Source: a virus (lineage: Duplodnaviria > Caudoviricetes). Taken from it: a stretch of DNA of 26,551 nt. The DNA is taken from IMG/VR virus record IMGVR_UViG_3300020045_006955, positions 1 to 26,551 of that record. One strand, written 5' to 3'. Under the pieces are notes generated by a model that was not told the origin of the DNA, did not search any database, and worked only from the letters and a program-made list of their open reading frames with translations. This document shows, piece after piece, positions 8,284 to 18,112 of this stretch. The position numbers and the translations under genes are program-made. Each line of letters opens with the position of its first letter. The stretch's first letter is position 1.

Positions 8284-9804
8284 ATGAGTACAATATCTAC
8301 ATCCGTTGGGCCTGAAAGAATATCAAGGGTAAGCGGTTACACAGTAAAAAAGGGAAACTTCAATAATGATACCCAAAATTTACCACAAGTTATTGCTATA
8401 TTTGGAGAAGCGAATACCGCTAATCAATCAGGTTTGACTACTACTAAAAGAGAAGTTACAAGTGCTACCGAAGCAGCCGAATTGTATGGTTATGGTTCTC
8501 CAATTCATAGTGTAATGAGAATTTTAAGACCTACTTCTGGTGATGGAGTTGGTGGCATTCCAACAGTTGTTTTTCCACAATTGACAGATTCTGGGGCAAC
8601 TGCTACTTCAAGAGCTTGGACCGTTACAGGTACAGCTACAGCAAATGCAACACATACAGTTGTTGTTAATGGAAGAACTTCTTTAGATTTTCAAGAGTAT
8701 GCTTTTGATGTGGTAATTGGAGATACTCCAACAGTAATTGCAGGAAAAATTAAAGACGCTATTAATGGTGTTCTTTCTGCGCCTGCAACAGCAGCGAATA
8801 CTTTAGGAGTTGTTACAGCAACTACTAAATGGGAAGGAGCTACAAGCGCTGAATTTAAAATGAGCATCAATTATGGTAGTAATGCAGCAGGAGTTTCTTA
8901 TGCGCAAACCGCTTCAACAGATGGAGCAGGAACAGTAAGTTTAGCTGATTCATTGGCTCAGTTTGGGGATGATTGGTACACTATTGTAGTAAATACATAC
9001 GGGACAGCACATTTAGCTACTTTTGAAGCGTTTAATGGATTGCCAAATAATACCGCACCAACAGGTCGTTATTCAGGATTGATTTACAAACCATTTTGTG
9101 CTTATTTTGGAAGTGTTTTAAGCGATAAAGATGATTTAGCTACTATTACAAATGATTCAGCAAGAAAAGGTCAAGTAACTAATGTTTTGTGTCCTGCACC
9201 GAACTCTTTAGGTTTTACTTGGGAAGCATCTGCAAACGTAGTAGTATTAGCTTCTGTAGTTTTTCAAAACAGTCCAAATTTAGACGTGAATAGCTTATCT
9301 TATCCAGATATGCCAATTCCAACAAGTTTAGATTCTGGAGATTTTAAAGATTACAACAATAGAGATTTCTTGGTTAAAAAAGGATGTTCTACTGATATCT
9401 TAAAAAATGGTGCTTATGTTATTCAGGATTTAGTAACAACTTATCATCCTGACGGAGAAATTCCTTTGCAGTATGCTTATGCAAGAAATTTAAACATTGA
9501 TTGGAATATAGCTGATGCTTATAGAACACTTGAAACAATCTATTTGAAAGATAAAACTTTAGTTTCTGATTCTCAAATTGTAGGTGTTGACGGTTGTATC
9601 AAGCCAAAAGAGTGGAAAGCAATTGTTTATGACTTGTTTGATGATTTAGCTGAAAAAGCATTAATCAATGATCCTGCATTCTCAAAATCAAGTTTGAGAG
9701 TTCAAATTAGCACAACTGATCCAAATCGTTTTGAAACATCATTTAGTTACAAACGTACAGGTATTGCAAGAATCGAAAGTACAACTGCAACAGCAGGTTT
9801 TTAA
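8284..9804 (+). CDS. Contractile tail sheath protein (Mu gpL-like)
   Basis: 506 aa; AAELYGYGS, RDFLVKKGCST, IQDLVTTY, DPNRF motifs. Confidence 0.92.
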   Translation: MSTISTSVGPERISRVSGYTVKKGNFNNDTQNLPQVIAIFGEANTANQSGLTTTKREVTSATEAAELYGYGSPIHSVMRILRPTSGDGVGGIPTVVFPQLTDSGATATSRAWTVTGTATANATHTVVVNGRTSLDFQEYAFDVVIGDTPTVIAGKIKDAINGVLSAPATAANTLGVVTATTKWEGATSAEFKMSINYGSNAAGVSYAQTASTDGAGTVSLADSLAQFGDDWYTIVVNTYGTAHLATFEAFNGLPNNTAPTGRYSGLIYKPFCAYFGSVLSDKDDLATITNDSARKGQVTNVLCPAPNSLGFTWEASANVVVLASVVFQNSPNLDVNSLSYPDMPIPTSLDSGDFKDYNNRDFLVKKGCSTDILKNGAYVIQDLVTTYHPDGEIPLQYAYARNLNIDWNIADAYRTLETIYLKDKTLVSDSQIVGVDGCIKPKEWKAIVYDLFDDLAEKALINDPAFSKSSLRVQISTTDPNRFETSFSYKRTGIARIESTTATAGF

Positions 9805-9827
9805 TTAACATTTAAAAAAATAATAAA

Positions 9828-10226
9828 ATGGCTGATATAACTTTTGGTGATTGCGTCGAAGTAGTATGTAATCACTTGGGAAATACCTACAGATATTCTC
9901 CAAAGTCAAATGAAAGTGCGAATGTTGACAGAGGTGGTCGTCGTGCTAATGATGATGCAAATCAGGTTACTACAAATGGTAAAATGATGTCGCAAATCAA
10001 CATGGTAAGATGGATGTTTGATACTCCCGTTGCTAATGAAGCAGGAGCAGTAGAATCTCTTGAATTAATGGCGGAATCTCCTGCTTTGGGAACATGGCAA
10101 TTTTCTATGATTGGAGGAGAAATCTACAAAGGTGTAGGTCGCCCTGTTGGAGATATAACTGTTGACAACAATGCTGGAACTGTTTCTTTTAAGGTTTCAG
10201 GTGGAGGAAAATTAGAGAAAATTTAA
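9828..10226 (+). CDS. Tail tube protein
   Basis: 132 aa after sheath; C-terminal G.IYKG.G...GD......G.V.F.V.G pattern. Confidence 0.8.
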   Translation: MADITFGDCVEVVCNHLGNTYRYSPKSNESANVDRGGRRANDDANQVTTNGKMMSQINMVRWMFDTPVANEAGAVESLELMAESPALGTWQFSMIGGEIYKGVGRPVGDITVDNNAGTVSFKVSGGGKLEKI

Positions 10227-10244
10227 TTTTAAAAACAAATAAAA

Positions 10245-10661
10245 ATGACAGCAATAAGTAAAGAAGTAGCATTAGATGAATTGGAAAATTTTATCAATAA
10301 ATTTGTAAAAAGACCTGTTTCAAAAAATAAATTAGAGAAAACATATCCTGATGTATTAGATGCAGTTATGGATGGTTTTTTAAGTTTTGATGAAGAAACT
10401 GGAATGCCAAAATATAAGTTAAAACATCCAATTAAAAATGATGAAGGAACTGTTTCATTGTCAGAAATTAATGATTTCAAAACAAGAATTAAACCTTCAA
10501 CTTTGGCTAGTTTAGCAAAAGGATTACATCCTACAGAAGAAGTTTTCCAATTGCAATTAAACATGACAGCTTACATTTTAAATCAACCTATTGCGATGAT
10601 TGACAAGTTTGAACGTTATGATTATGATGCTTTAAATCAGATTGCTTCGGTTTTTTCGTAA
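10245..10661 (+). CDS. Tail assembly chaperone
   Basis: Between tube and tape measure; YKLKHPI motif; ends in a slippery sequence. Confidence 0.8.
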   Translation: MTAISKEVALDELENFINKFVKRPVSKNKLEKTYPDVLDAVMDGFLSFDEETGMPKYKLKHPIKNDEGTVSLSEINDFKTRIKPSTLASLAKGLHPTEEVFQLQLNMTAYILNQPIAMIDKFERYDYDALNQIASVFS

Positions 10662-10831
10662 GGTGGTCAGTAGATGGTTTTGATAATATGATAATGAGTA
10701 TTGTTGATTATCATCATTGGACACCTAAAACGATTAAAAAGATGTATGTTGATGATTACGATTTTGAAGGAATAATTTATTGGTATGATGAGTTAGTTAG
10801 AATCGAAAAATTAAAACCAAAAGGTAAATAA
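10649..10831 (+). CDS. -1 frameshift extension of the tail assembly chaperone (G-T / E-E' type)
   Basis: GGTTTTTTC at 10649-10657; -1 frame open to TAA 10829-10831 encoding ...VDYHHWTPKTIKKM...IIYWYDEL, the HWxPxxI..M...W pattern of such extensions. Confidence 0.8.
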   Translation, partial: GFFVRWSVDGFDNMIMSIVDYHHWTPKTIKKMYVDDYDFEGIIYWYDELVRIEKLKPKGK

Positions 10832-10836
10832 AATTT

Positions 10837-10875
10837 AAAAATTCCTAGTAGTGGCTTAACTGCTAGGAATTTTTT
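10837..10875 (+). terminator. Intrinsic terminator between chaperone and tape measure genes
   Basis: AAAATTCCTAGTAGT / ACTGCTAGGAATTTT stem with T tail. Confidence 0.75.
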
Positions 10876-10891
10876 GCTAAAACGATATATT

Positions 10892-12838
10892 ATGGCAATA
10901 GCAACTATGCGTGTGCCTACAGTGTTCACCGCAGTCGATAGGTTTAGTGATGTTGTTTCTAAAATGACAAGAAATGTAGATAGATTTGGAGATACAGCTT
11001 CTGCTGCTGCTATGAGAGCTTCATCTAAAATGATTTCTACAGGAAAAAATATGATGGCGACATCTGCTGTTATGCTAGGAGGATTATATCCTTCTGTTAA
11101 ATCAGCAGTAAAATTTGAAGATCAGATGGATAAAATAAATACTATTTTACATAAATCTCCAAACTCATTAAAAACATTGTCAGAAGAGGTAAAAAAGTTT
11201 TCTTCTAATTCGGTAAATAGCTTGGATGATATTACGTCTGCTTATTTAGATTTAGCGTCTAGCGGAATGATGGAGAAAAAAATAATGCCAATGATAAATA
11301 TTGGAGAAAAACTTTCAATAGGAGGTATTGGTACTTTAAAAGACGCTACTGACGTATTACTTGCAAAAGAAAGAGCTTTTCCAAATGAGAAACTCTCAAA
11401 TTTTGAAATGGCAAACCAAGCTCAAAAAATAATGAAACATGGTATTGGAACTTTGGCTGATTTAGCTCCTGTTTACTCAAAAGGGGCTTCTCAATTCTCT
11501 ATTAGTGGAGGTTCTTCTGCTGAATATGACGCAATGATTTCCGCATTAACATCTGTAAAACAATCTATGCCAGAAGCTGTTGTTGAAATTATGCAAATGG
11601 TAACTTCTGCACAAAAAGGTTCTAAAAATATAGGAAAAATATATGACGAGTTAAAGATTAAGAGTTTTTCAGATTTAGTAAAAAAGAACAAAGGTCAGGT
11701 ATTAAAATCTTTTCAAGAAATAACTAATACTGGAAAAAAAATGGGCTTCAATGTTAACCAAATATGGGCCAACAGAAATGCGTCAATAGGAATATCATTG
11801 CTAACAAAAAACGTATCAGTTTTAGATCAATTCACAAAAGCTTATAATGACACTTTAAACACAACAAATAATGAATTAGACAAAGCTTATAGCGAAAGGT
11901 CTAATAATGCTGCTTCTATTTTAAAGAAATTTAATAACCAAATAGAATTGTTAAAGATAGAGGTTGGTAACGCTTTATTGCCTTTGTTGAGGGATGTATT
12001 AAAAGAATTAAAGCCTTTGTTGCAATCTTTTAGTAAATTTATCAAGGAAAACCCAGGAGCAGTTACTGGTTTTGCAAAAACAGCTATAGCAATAGGGGCT
12101 ATCGGAACTGCGTTAACAGCAGGAGGTTGGTTGTTGAAATTAGGAGCTTTAATATATGAACTACCAAGTTTGGCAGGTATATCAACTACTGTTTTCGGAG
12201 CTATGGAGTTGTGGGCTGGTTATGCAGGAATAACTGTAGGTGTTTTATGTTGGGAAATATTATTAGTTGTTGGAGCTATAGGATTGTTGGCTTGGGCTGC
12301 TTATGATATGTATAATCATTGGAGTGATTGGCAAGATATATTGATAACAACAGTAATGCCTTTGTGGCAAATAGTAAAATTATTTGAAAAAATACAAGAG
12401 CATTCGGATTCAATAAAAAATGCCTTTAAATTTGATGGTTTTTTATCAGGGATTAAGCAAATAGGGATAGCAATTATAGATTTTATTTTGACACCATTAA
12501 TCAAGATAATGGATATTCAAAGCAGACTTCCTTTAGTTGGAAGTAAATTTAAACAAATAGCAGATTTATTAAGAGCAGTTAAACAAGATATGAATGCTCC
12601 TTCAGTAACTCCTTCTCCTATTCCTACTTCACCAACGAAGCCAACGGAAAATTTAGCAGGTAAAACAAGTTTTAATGCAAAAGATATTATGGATGCTATT
12701 GTAAAAAAATCTATGAGTTTAGATTTGAATTTACATACTCCAGAAGGATATGTGTTACAACCTATTGGTTCTTCACCAAAAGGATTAGAGGTAAAAACAA
12801 CTCAAAATCAAGGATCACGTGATAAATTTTGGCAATAA
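10892..12838 (+). CDS. Tail tape measure protein (ATG 10892 preferred to TTG 10874)
   Basis: FTAVDRFS N-terminus, AVKFEDQM tape-measure core, hydrophobic/W-rich C-terminal part; the TTG lies in the terminator tail. Confidence 0.9.
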   Translation: MAIATMRVPTVFTAVDRFSDVVSKMTRNVDRFGDTASAAAMRASSKMISTGKNMMATSAVMLGGLYPSVKSAVKFEDQMDKINTILHKSPNSLKTLSEEVKKFSSNSVNSLDDITSAYLDLASSGMMEKKIMPMINIGEKLSIGGIGTLKDATDVLLAKERAFPNEKLSNFEMANQAQKIMKHGIGTLADLAPVYSKGASQFSISGGSSAEYDAMISALTSVKQSMPEAVVEIMQMVTSAQKGSKNIGKIYDELKIKSFSDLVKKNKGQVLKSFQEITNTGKKMGFNVNQIWANRNASIGISLLTKNVSVLDQFTKAYNDTLNTTNNELDKAYSERSNNAASILKKFNNQIELLKIEVGNALLPLLRDVLKELKPLLQSFSKFIKENPGAVTGFAKTAIAIGAIGTALTAGGWLLKLGALIYELPSLAGISTTVFGAMELWAGYAGITVGVLCWEILLVVGAIGLLAWAAYDMYNHWSDWQDILITTVMPLWQIVKLFEKIQEHSDSIKNAFKFDGFLSGIKQIGIAIIDFILTPLIKIMDIQSRLPLVGSKFKQIADLLRAVKQDMNAPSVTPSPIPTSPTKPTENLAGKTSFNAKDIMDAIVKKSMSLDLNLHTPEGYVLQPIGSSPKGLEVKTTQNQGSRDKFWQ

Positions 12839-12848
12839 TAAATAGATT

Positions 12849-13328
12849 ATGGAAACAAAAGATATTTCAATATTTGAAACAGGTTCAGGCGGAGATTTTG
12901 CTATTGTAGATAACGATTTATTGTTGAGTGAATCATTATATCAACAAGTTTTTTTGGCTTTATTTGGAGGCAATATTGAAGCAAGTACAAAAGATGTTTA
13001 TTTGCCTACTGAAGAACGTTCAGATTATTGGGGAAACTCTTTACTTTGGAAAAACGAAAAAACAAAGCAGTTCAATTCTGAAACTGAAAGAGCTATTCAG
13101 AATAACGCCTTGAATAGCTCAGGTAGGTTGGTTATAATAACAGCAATGGATATGGATTTATCATACCTAAAATCTATGATAAATTACACTGTTGAGGCCC
13201 AAATAAATGGTAGAGATAATTTAAGATTGATTGTAAATTTTAGTGAGAAATCTAATCAACAAGATAGAGTACTTCAATTAGTTTACAACAATGCAAAAAA
13301 AGAAGTAATAATTGAAAAAATAATATAA
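12849..13328 (+). CDS. Baseplate protein, Mu gp46-like
   Basis: 159 aa; GGDF, V.LALF, YWGNSL motif; precedes baseplate J-like gene. Confidence 0.75.
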   Translation: METKDISIFETGSGGDFAIVDNDLLLSESLYQQVFLALFGGNIEASTKDVYLPTEERSDYWGNSLLWKNEKTKQFNSETERAIQNNALNSSGRLVIITAMDMDLSYLKSMINYTVEAQINGRDNLRLIVNFSEKSNQQDRVLQLVYNNAKKEVIIEKII

Positions 13329-14506
13329 TGAAACCAATTCCAAGCATAGTAGAATTAAATTCAAACATTTCGAGTGATTTTAAGTCAAAACTAAATATTA
13401 TTACAGATTCTCTAAAAAGAGTTTTGAATGCTAGTTCTGCAGTTTTATCAGGACAATTCCATTTGGCTTATATGTTTTTATTTGATATTCAAAATAACGT
13501 ATTTCCTGATACAGCTACTACAGCAGACGTTGGAGGTACTTTAGAACGTCAAGGGTTGATTTATCTTAATAGACCTATGTTTCCTGATTCAATTGGAGTT
13601 TTTAAAGTTTCTGTAACAGGTGTGGTAGGTTCTGTTTTAAGAGCAAATATAACTTTCAAATCAAATGAAGGCTCAAAGAATCCAGGACAACTTTATGTTT
13701 TAGATTCTGAATACATTTTAACAGGAACTTCTGATGAGATTGAAATACGTTCACTTGGTTCTGGAATAAGCTTTAATTTAATTGTTGGAGATAATTTAAC
13801 CATTACAGAGCCGGTAATTGGAGTAGATAAAACGGTAACTGTAAGTGAGATTGTAGAACAGCCAAAAGCAGGAGAAACTGTTGAAGCATATCGACAAGCT
13901 ATTTTGAATGCTATTCAGTTAGAGCCACAAGGAGGTTCAAGAGCAGATTACAGACAATGGGCGACAGATGCGCAAGGTGTAAGATTAGTTTTTCCTTATG
14001 TTAGGGATGGAGAAGCAAGTACTTTAGATATTTATGTTGAAGCTACTTTGATTGATAGTACTGATGGAAAAGGAACACCTTCTACGGCTATTTTAGATGA
14101 TGTTGAAGAAGTTTTAAATTATGATCCTGATATTTCAAAAGCAATTTATGAAAGAGGTCGTAAACCTGCACAAGCATTTTTAAATGTTTTACCAATAGTA
14201 TTAGTTCCTGTTGATATTACAATTGATGGTTTGAATGATGCCTCAACATCTGTTCAAAGTTCAATTGAAAACGCATTGACTGATATGCTTTATGATGTAA
14301 GACCGTTTATTTCTGGAGCTGATTTACAAAGAAATAAGAATGATATTTTGTATTATGGAAAAGTACAATCTGTAGTTACTGATTCTTTGATTAATGGTAA
14401 TTTTTTCAATGTTTTAACAATGACTGTTGATGGAAATGTTGAAGTATCTTATGAATTTACTTTGGGTACGATTCCTTACTTAAATAGCCTAACTATTAAT
14501 CCGTAA
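13328..14506 (+). CDS. Baseplate J-like wedge protein (Mu gp47-like)
   Basis: FPDTA, GETVEAYRQAIL, PQGGSRADYRQWA, GVR..F motifs. Confidence 0.92.
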   Translation: MKPIPSIVELNSNISSDFKSKLNIITDSLKRVLNASSAVLSGQFHLAYMFLFDIQNNVFPDTATTADVGGTLERQGLIYLNRPMFPDSIGVFKVSVTGVVGSVLRANITFKSNEGSKNPGQLYVLDSEYILTGTSDEIEIRSLGSGISFNLIVGDNLTITEPVIGVDKTVTVSEIVEQPKAGETVEAYRQAILNAIQLEPQGGSRADYRQWATDAQGVRLVFPYVRDGEASTLDIYVEATLIDSTDGKGTPSTAILDDVEEVLNYDPDISKAIYERGRKPAQAFLNVLPIVLVPVDITIDGLNDASTSVQSSIENALTDMLYDVRPFISGADLQRNKNDILYYGKVQSVVTDSLINGNFFNVLTMTVDGNVEVSYEFTLGTIPYLNSLTINP

Positions 14507-14509
14507 ATT

Positions 14510-15304
14510 ATGTATCAAGTAACAGATAAAAGTACAACGTTTGGATTAAAAACTCCTTTTGGTAAAAAAACTCCATTCAAAAAGCCTTCTTTTGCAGGTG
14601 GTTCTTTGACAACTTTACTTTCAAGTTTAGCAGTTCAATTATATCCAACAGGAAGAGCTTTTAGCATTTTGAAAGATAGTGTAATGGAACGTTTTCATTC
14701 AGCAATAAATGTTAGTTTTATTAGATTCGTAGATGATGCAAAATTGACTTTAGATTCTTGTTTTCCAGATAACGAAAATTTTTCAGAAGAGGATTGTACT
14801 TTGTGGGAGTATCGTTTTGGAATGGTTACAAATACTTCTTTAACAGTTCAAGTTCGTAGAGAAGCTATTTTTAGACGTATGGCAAGAGGTAGAAACATTC
14901 CTGCAAGGCAACATATCAAATATTTGGAATATCAATTGCAATTAGCAGGATTTGATGTTTGGTTGCATGAAAACGGATTTATTGAAGGTGGCGTAAGAGT
15001 TTTCAAAAGACCACAAGACATTTTGGCTTTGCTCCCAGAAAGTGTTCAACATAGTAATTCTACACAACATGGAATAGGAGTACAGCATGGTGGAGTAAGT
15101 TCAGAAGTTATTGCCAACTCATATAAAAAAAACGAAATATTTTCTGTAGGCGATGAGTATCTTTGGGCGACGTTTTTTATTGGTGGGGAAACATTAGGAA
15201 CGGTTGCAGAAGTTCCAGAAAATAGATTGGAAGAATTTAGAGAATTAGTATTGAAGTTAAAACCTGCGGAAAAAGTTTGCTTCACTTTTATAAATTATAT
15301 TTAA
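14510..15304 (+). CDS. Baseplate wedge protein, Mu gp48/YmfQ-like
   Basis: QLYPTGRAF, WEYRFG, RREAI, LKLKPA motifs; follows J-like gene. Confidence 0.8.
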   Translation: MYQVTDKSTTFGLKTPFGKKTPFKKPSFAGGSLTTLLSSLAVQLYPTGRAFSILKDSVMERFHSAINVSFIRFVDDAKLTLDSCFPDNENFSEEDCTLWEYRFGMVTNTSLTVQVRREAIFRRMARGRNIPARQHIKYLEYQLQLAGFDVWLHENGFIEGGVRVFKRPQDILALLPESVQHSNSTQHGIGVQHGGVSSEVIANSYKKNEIFSVGDEYLWATFFIGGETLGTVAEVPENRLEEFRELVLKLKPAEKVCFTFINYI

Positions 15305-15316
15305 AAAAATAATACA

Positions 15317-16363
15317 ATGAGAAAATTAAAAAATAATCCAAATGTAATTTTATCTGATTCAAATTATCCAAATGGTAGAGTTAGAAACAATACAGGAACA
15401 GGTAATGGAACACCTGTAAATGAAGGCGTGTATGGCGACATTCATGTAAACAAAGACAAATTAATGGATTTGTATGGAATTATACCGAATGATTTGCCAG
15501 ACAATGAGGCTAATGGCTATCAAATTATCGAATCATTAAGAGCTTTAGCAGGTAAAAATGACATAATTCAACCTTTGACTTTAGCTTCTGGAGTATTAAA
15601 TGTTCCTGTTAAATTTGGATTTATGCTTGAAAACGAACAAGTGATATGTAAAGCAGGATTCAATTTGGCTTCTGAAACACAAATTAAAGGTTCTGACAAC
15701 GTAACTTTATCTTTTACTGCTAATGGTTCATTTAAAACAAATGAGTACGTTAGATTGATTAAAAATACGTCAAGCATTACTTTGGTAAGATTAGCTGATG
15801 AATTTTCATTAGATTCAATGGTTGGGCTTTTGAATTATTTGAAAAAAGCAAGTCAATCGGAAGAGGATGCGGGAGCTTCTGACTTGGTTGCTACAACTCC
15901 AAAAGTAAATAAATCAACTTTTACAAAAAGAGTTAATGGAGCTGATTCAGATACATATTTGGCAACAGCTTCTCAAAATGGTATTTATCCAAAAGAACAT
16001 TTTACCATTGTTGATGCATTGGGAGCTGTAAAAAATAAAGGATGGTTTTCTGGATTAAGTGTAGGAACTTCTCATCCTACTACTACATATCCTGTAAGTG
16101 GAGATATAGTTTCAGCAATACCTTTTTCAACAGGAGAAGTAGGAAATTCAGGTATAGATGTAATTTTCGCAAATGAAATGCCTGATACAAATTATTTAGT
16201 TAAATTGTATTTAGAAAGTGAAGGTAATGGATTGTTAGATAATGATTGTTATTATCCTGTATTCAAAAAAACAAATACTACATCTTTTAAGATTTTTGTT
16301 GCAAGAAATTCTATTGCTTTGGATCAAAACATTAAAGTTCATATTGAAATCGAACAATTATAA
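15317..16363 (+). CDS. Tail fibre/receptor-binding-like protein 1
   Basis: N-terminal YP.G...GTP...D...GI.P...D...Q..E.L baseplate-anchor pattern; synteny. Confidence 0.7.
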   Translation: MRKLKNNPNVILSDSNYPNGRVRNNTGTGNGTPVNEGVYGDIHVNKDKLMDLYGIIPNDLPDNEANGYQIIESLRALAGKNDIIQPLTLASGVLNVPVKFGFMLENEQVICKAGFNLASETQIKGSDNVTLSFTANGSFKTNEYVRLIKNTSSITLVRLADEFSLDSMVGLLNYLKKASQSEEDAGASDLVATTPKVNKSTFTKRVNGADSDTYLATASQNGIYPKEHFTIVDALGAVKNKGWFSGLSVGTSHPTTTYPVSGDIVSAIPFSTGEVGNSGIDVIFANEMPDTNYLVKLYLESEGNGLLDNDCYYPVFKKTNTTSFKIFVARNSIALDQNIKVHIEIEQL

Positions 16364-16375
16364 AAAAAACATAAA

Positions 16376-17209
16376 ATGAAAATATTAGCAAATTTAGTTA
16401 GTTTAGTAAAAAGAACGGATTCCAATTTACCATTTGGTAAAACGATTCAAGATGAAACTGAAACCCAAGAAGGAACGCCAATTATAGCTGATTTAATGCA
16501 AGATTTTTTCAGTAATTGGTATAGATTATTGGAGATGGCAAAAATAACTCCAACAGACAATTTTGATGGAGATTCAACCCAATATCAATTGGTAGATGCG
16601 TTGAAAAAACTTCCAAATGATTTGAACGATGTTGAGAGAGTTTTAACGTTAGATGGAACTGTTTGGAGCGTACCTTTTGATTTGAGTATTTTACCAAATA
16701 AATATTTTTTTATTGCAAGAGCAAGTGAGGATTATATTGCAGGAACAAGTTACACTTTCAAAGGCACAGGAACAGAAACTTATTCTTTTACAAGTAAAGG
16801 ATTTAAGTCTGGAAGTCAGATTATAGTTGTTATTGATTTGTCAGGAGTAAGAGCTTATTTGTTGCATCAAGATTTAGAAAGTATATTTTTTTCTGGAAAT
16901 AAAGCCAAATTACCAATTGAATTTCAAGTTCCAGAAGGAAGCATACATATTTTAAAACAAATTGTTGAAGGAGAAGGTTCTTATGCTTTCGGTTTTGGTT
17001 CGGAATCAATAGAATGGAGCACACCTAATAATTCTTTTAAATTAAGAATTGACTCTCCTGATACAAGCGTTTTATTTGAAGGCACAGGAGGAATTGAAAA
17101 AAAGGTAGCTTACAAAGACTATGTAACAGATCCACAAACGTTAATCGATACTCTTAATAATTGTGATAGCACTCAATTAGATGAAATAAAAACTATTTTA
17201 GGGATATAA
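16376..17209 (+). CDS. Tail fibre-like protein 2 (paralogous N-terminus)
   Basis: PFG...EGTPI...D...ITP...D...YQLVDAL parallels the N-terminus of 15317..16363. Confidence 0.6.
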   Translation: MKILANLVSLVKRTDSNLPFGKTIQDETETQEGTPIIADLMQDFFSNWYRLLEMAKITPTDNFDGDSTQYQLVDALKKLPNDLNDVERVLTLDGTVWSVPFDLSILPNKYFFIARASEDYIAGTSYTFKGTGTETYSFTSKGFKSGSQIIVVIDLSGVRAYLLHQDLESIFFSGNKAKLPIEFQVPEGSIHILKQIVEGEGSYAFGFGSESIEWSTPNNSFKLRIDSPDTSVLFEGTGGIEKKVAYKDYVTDPQTLIDTLNNCDSTQLDEIKTILGI

Positions 17210-17262
17210 TGGCAAAACAATCATTCAATGTAAATAGTTTTGCTATATTTGTAATGTTATAA
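17209..17262 (+). pseudogene. Relic 5' end of the neck gene (MAKQSFNVN...), interrupted by the endonuclease cassette
   Basis: TAATG-coupled start; first 9 codons resemble MGNQIFSVN of 18113..18859. Confidence 0.6.
17244..17251 (+). promoter_or_regulatory. -7 promoter element TATATTTG for the endonuclease gene
   Basis: TAnnTTTG match about 115 nt upstream of ATG 17367. Confidence 0.7.
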
Positions 17263-17350
17263 TTACGGCAATATTTATAACATTTAAAATATTATAATTC
17301 AGAAAACGTCTTTAGGTTTGCTTTGCCGAGCATCCTTTAGGCGTTTTTCT
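17253..17350 (+). promoter_or_regulatory. Structured leader: two hairpins with complementary loops, the second terminator-like
   Basis: Stem 17253-17262/17275-17284 with loop CGGCAA (17266-17271); hairpin 17302-17348 with apical loop TTGCCG (17323-17328). Confidence 0.7.
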
Positions 17351-17366
17351 AATTTAATTTAAAATT

Positions 17367-18101
17367 ATGAATAATAAAATTGATAGAACAGGAGAGGTTT
17401 ACAATTTTGAAGATGGTAGTTTCATGCAAATAATAGAATATATTTCAAATAATAATATAACTATACAATTTGATGATGGTTCAATTATAAAAAAACGTTC
17501 TTATAAATGTTTTAAAAAAGGTTCTATTAAAAACTTAAATAAACCATCTGTTTTAGAAATAGGCTTTATAGGTTATGGAAAATATAATTTTTCAATAAAT
17601 AAAAAAGCTTATTTTACATGGGCTGAAATGATTAGAAGATGTTATGATGATAATTTTAAAAATAATAATAAAACATATAAGAATTGTTCAGTTCATCCAG
17701 ATTGGCATAATTTTCAAAACTTTGCCAAATGGCATGAAGAAAATTATATAGAAGGATTTGAATTAGATAAAGATTTGCTTTTTAAGGGAAATAAAATTTA
17801 TAATGATAAAAATTGTTGTTTTTTACCTAAGGAAATAAATTTATTAATTTCTAATTCAAGGACTAAAAATAGTAATTTTCATTGTGGTGTTTTTAAAAAC
17901 AAATATTCTTTTGTGAGTTATTTACATATTAACGGTAAAAGAAAACATTTAGGTTCATTTAAAACTGAACAAGAAGCTATTGATATTTATAATATTAATA
18001 AGAAAATAGAATTTAAAAGAATTGCTAATAAATATAAGTGTTTTATTTCGGAAAGTATTTATAATTTATTAATTAGCTACAAATTAGATATAAATAATTA
18101 G
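17367..18101 (+). CDS. Free-standing HNH-like homing endonuclease with C-terminal AP2-like DNA-binding domain
   Basis: W..M..RCY, Y..CSV...W.NFQNF..W, LDKD...GNK.Y...CCF.P..IN, then GV...NGKRKHLGSF.T..EA; visibly more AT-rich than neighbours. Confidence 0.8.
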   Translation: MNNKIDRTGEVYNFEDGSFMQIIEYISNNNITIQFDDGSIIKKRSYKCFKKGSIKNLNKPSVLEIGFIGYGKYNFSINKKAYFTWAEMIRRCYDDNFKNNNKTYKNCSVHPDWHNFQNFAKWHEENYIEGFELDKDLLFKGNKIYNDKNCCFLPKEINLLISNSRTKNSNFHCGVFKNKYSFVSYLHINGKRKHLGSFKTEQEAIDIYNINKKIEFKRIANKYKCFISESIYNLLISYKLDINN

Positions 18102-18112
18102 ATTTTAAAAAA

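Noticed and set aside
15317-17209. Diversity-generating retroelement or invertible fibre cassette
   Set aside because: No reverse transcriptase, invertase, template/variable repeat pair or flanking inverted repeats seen
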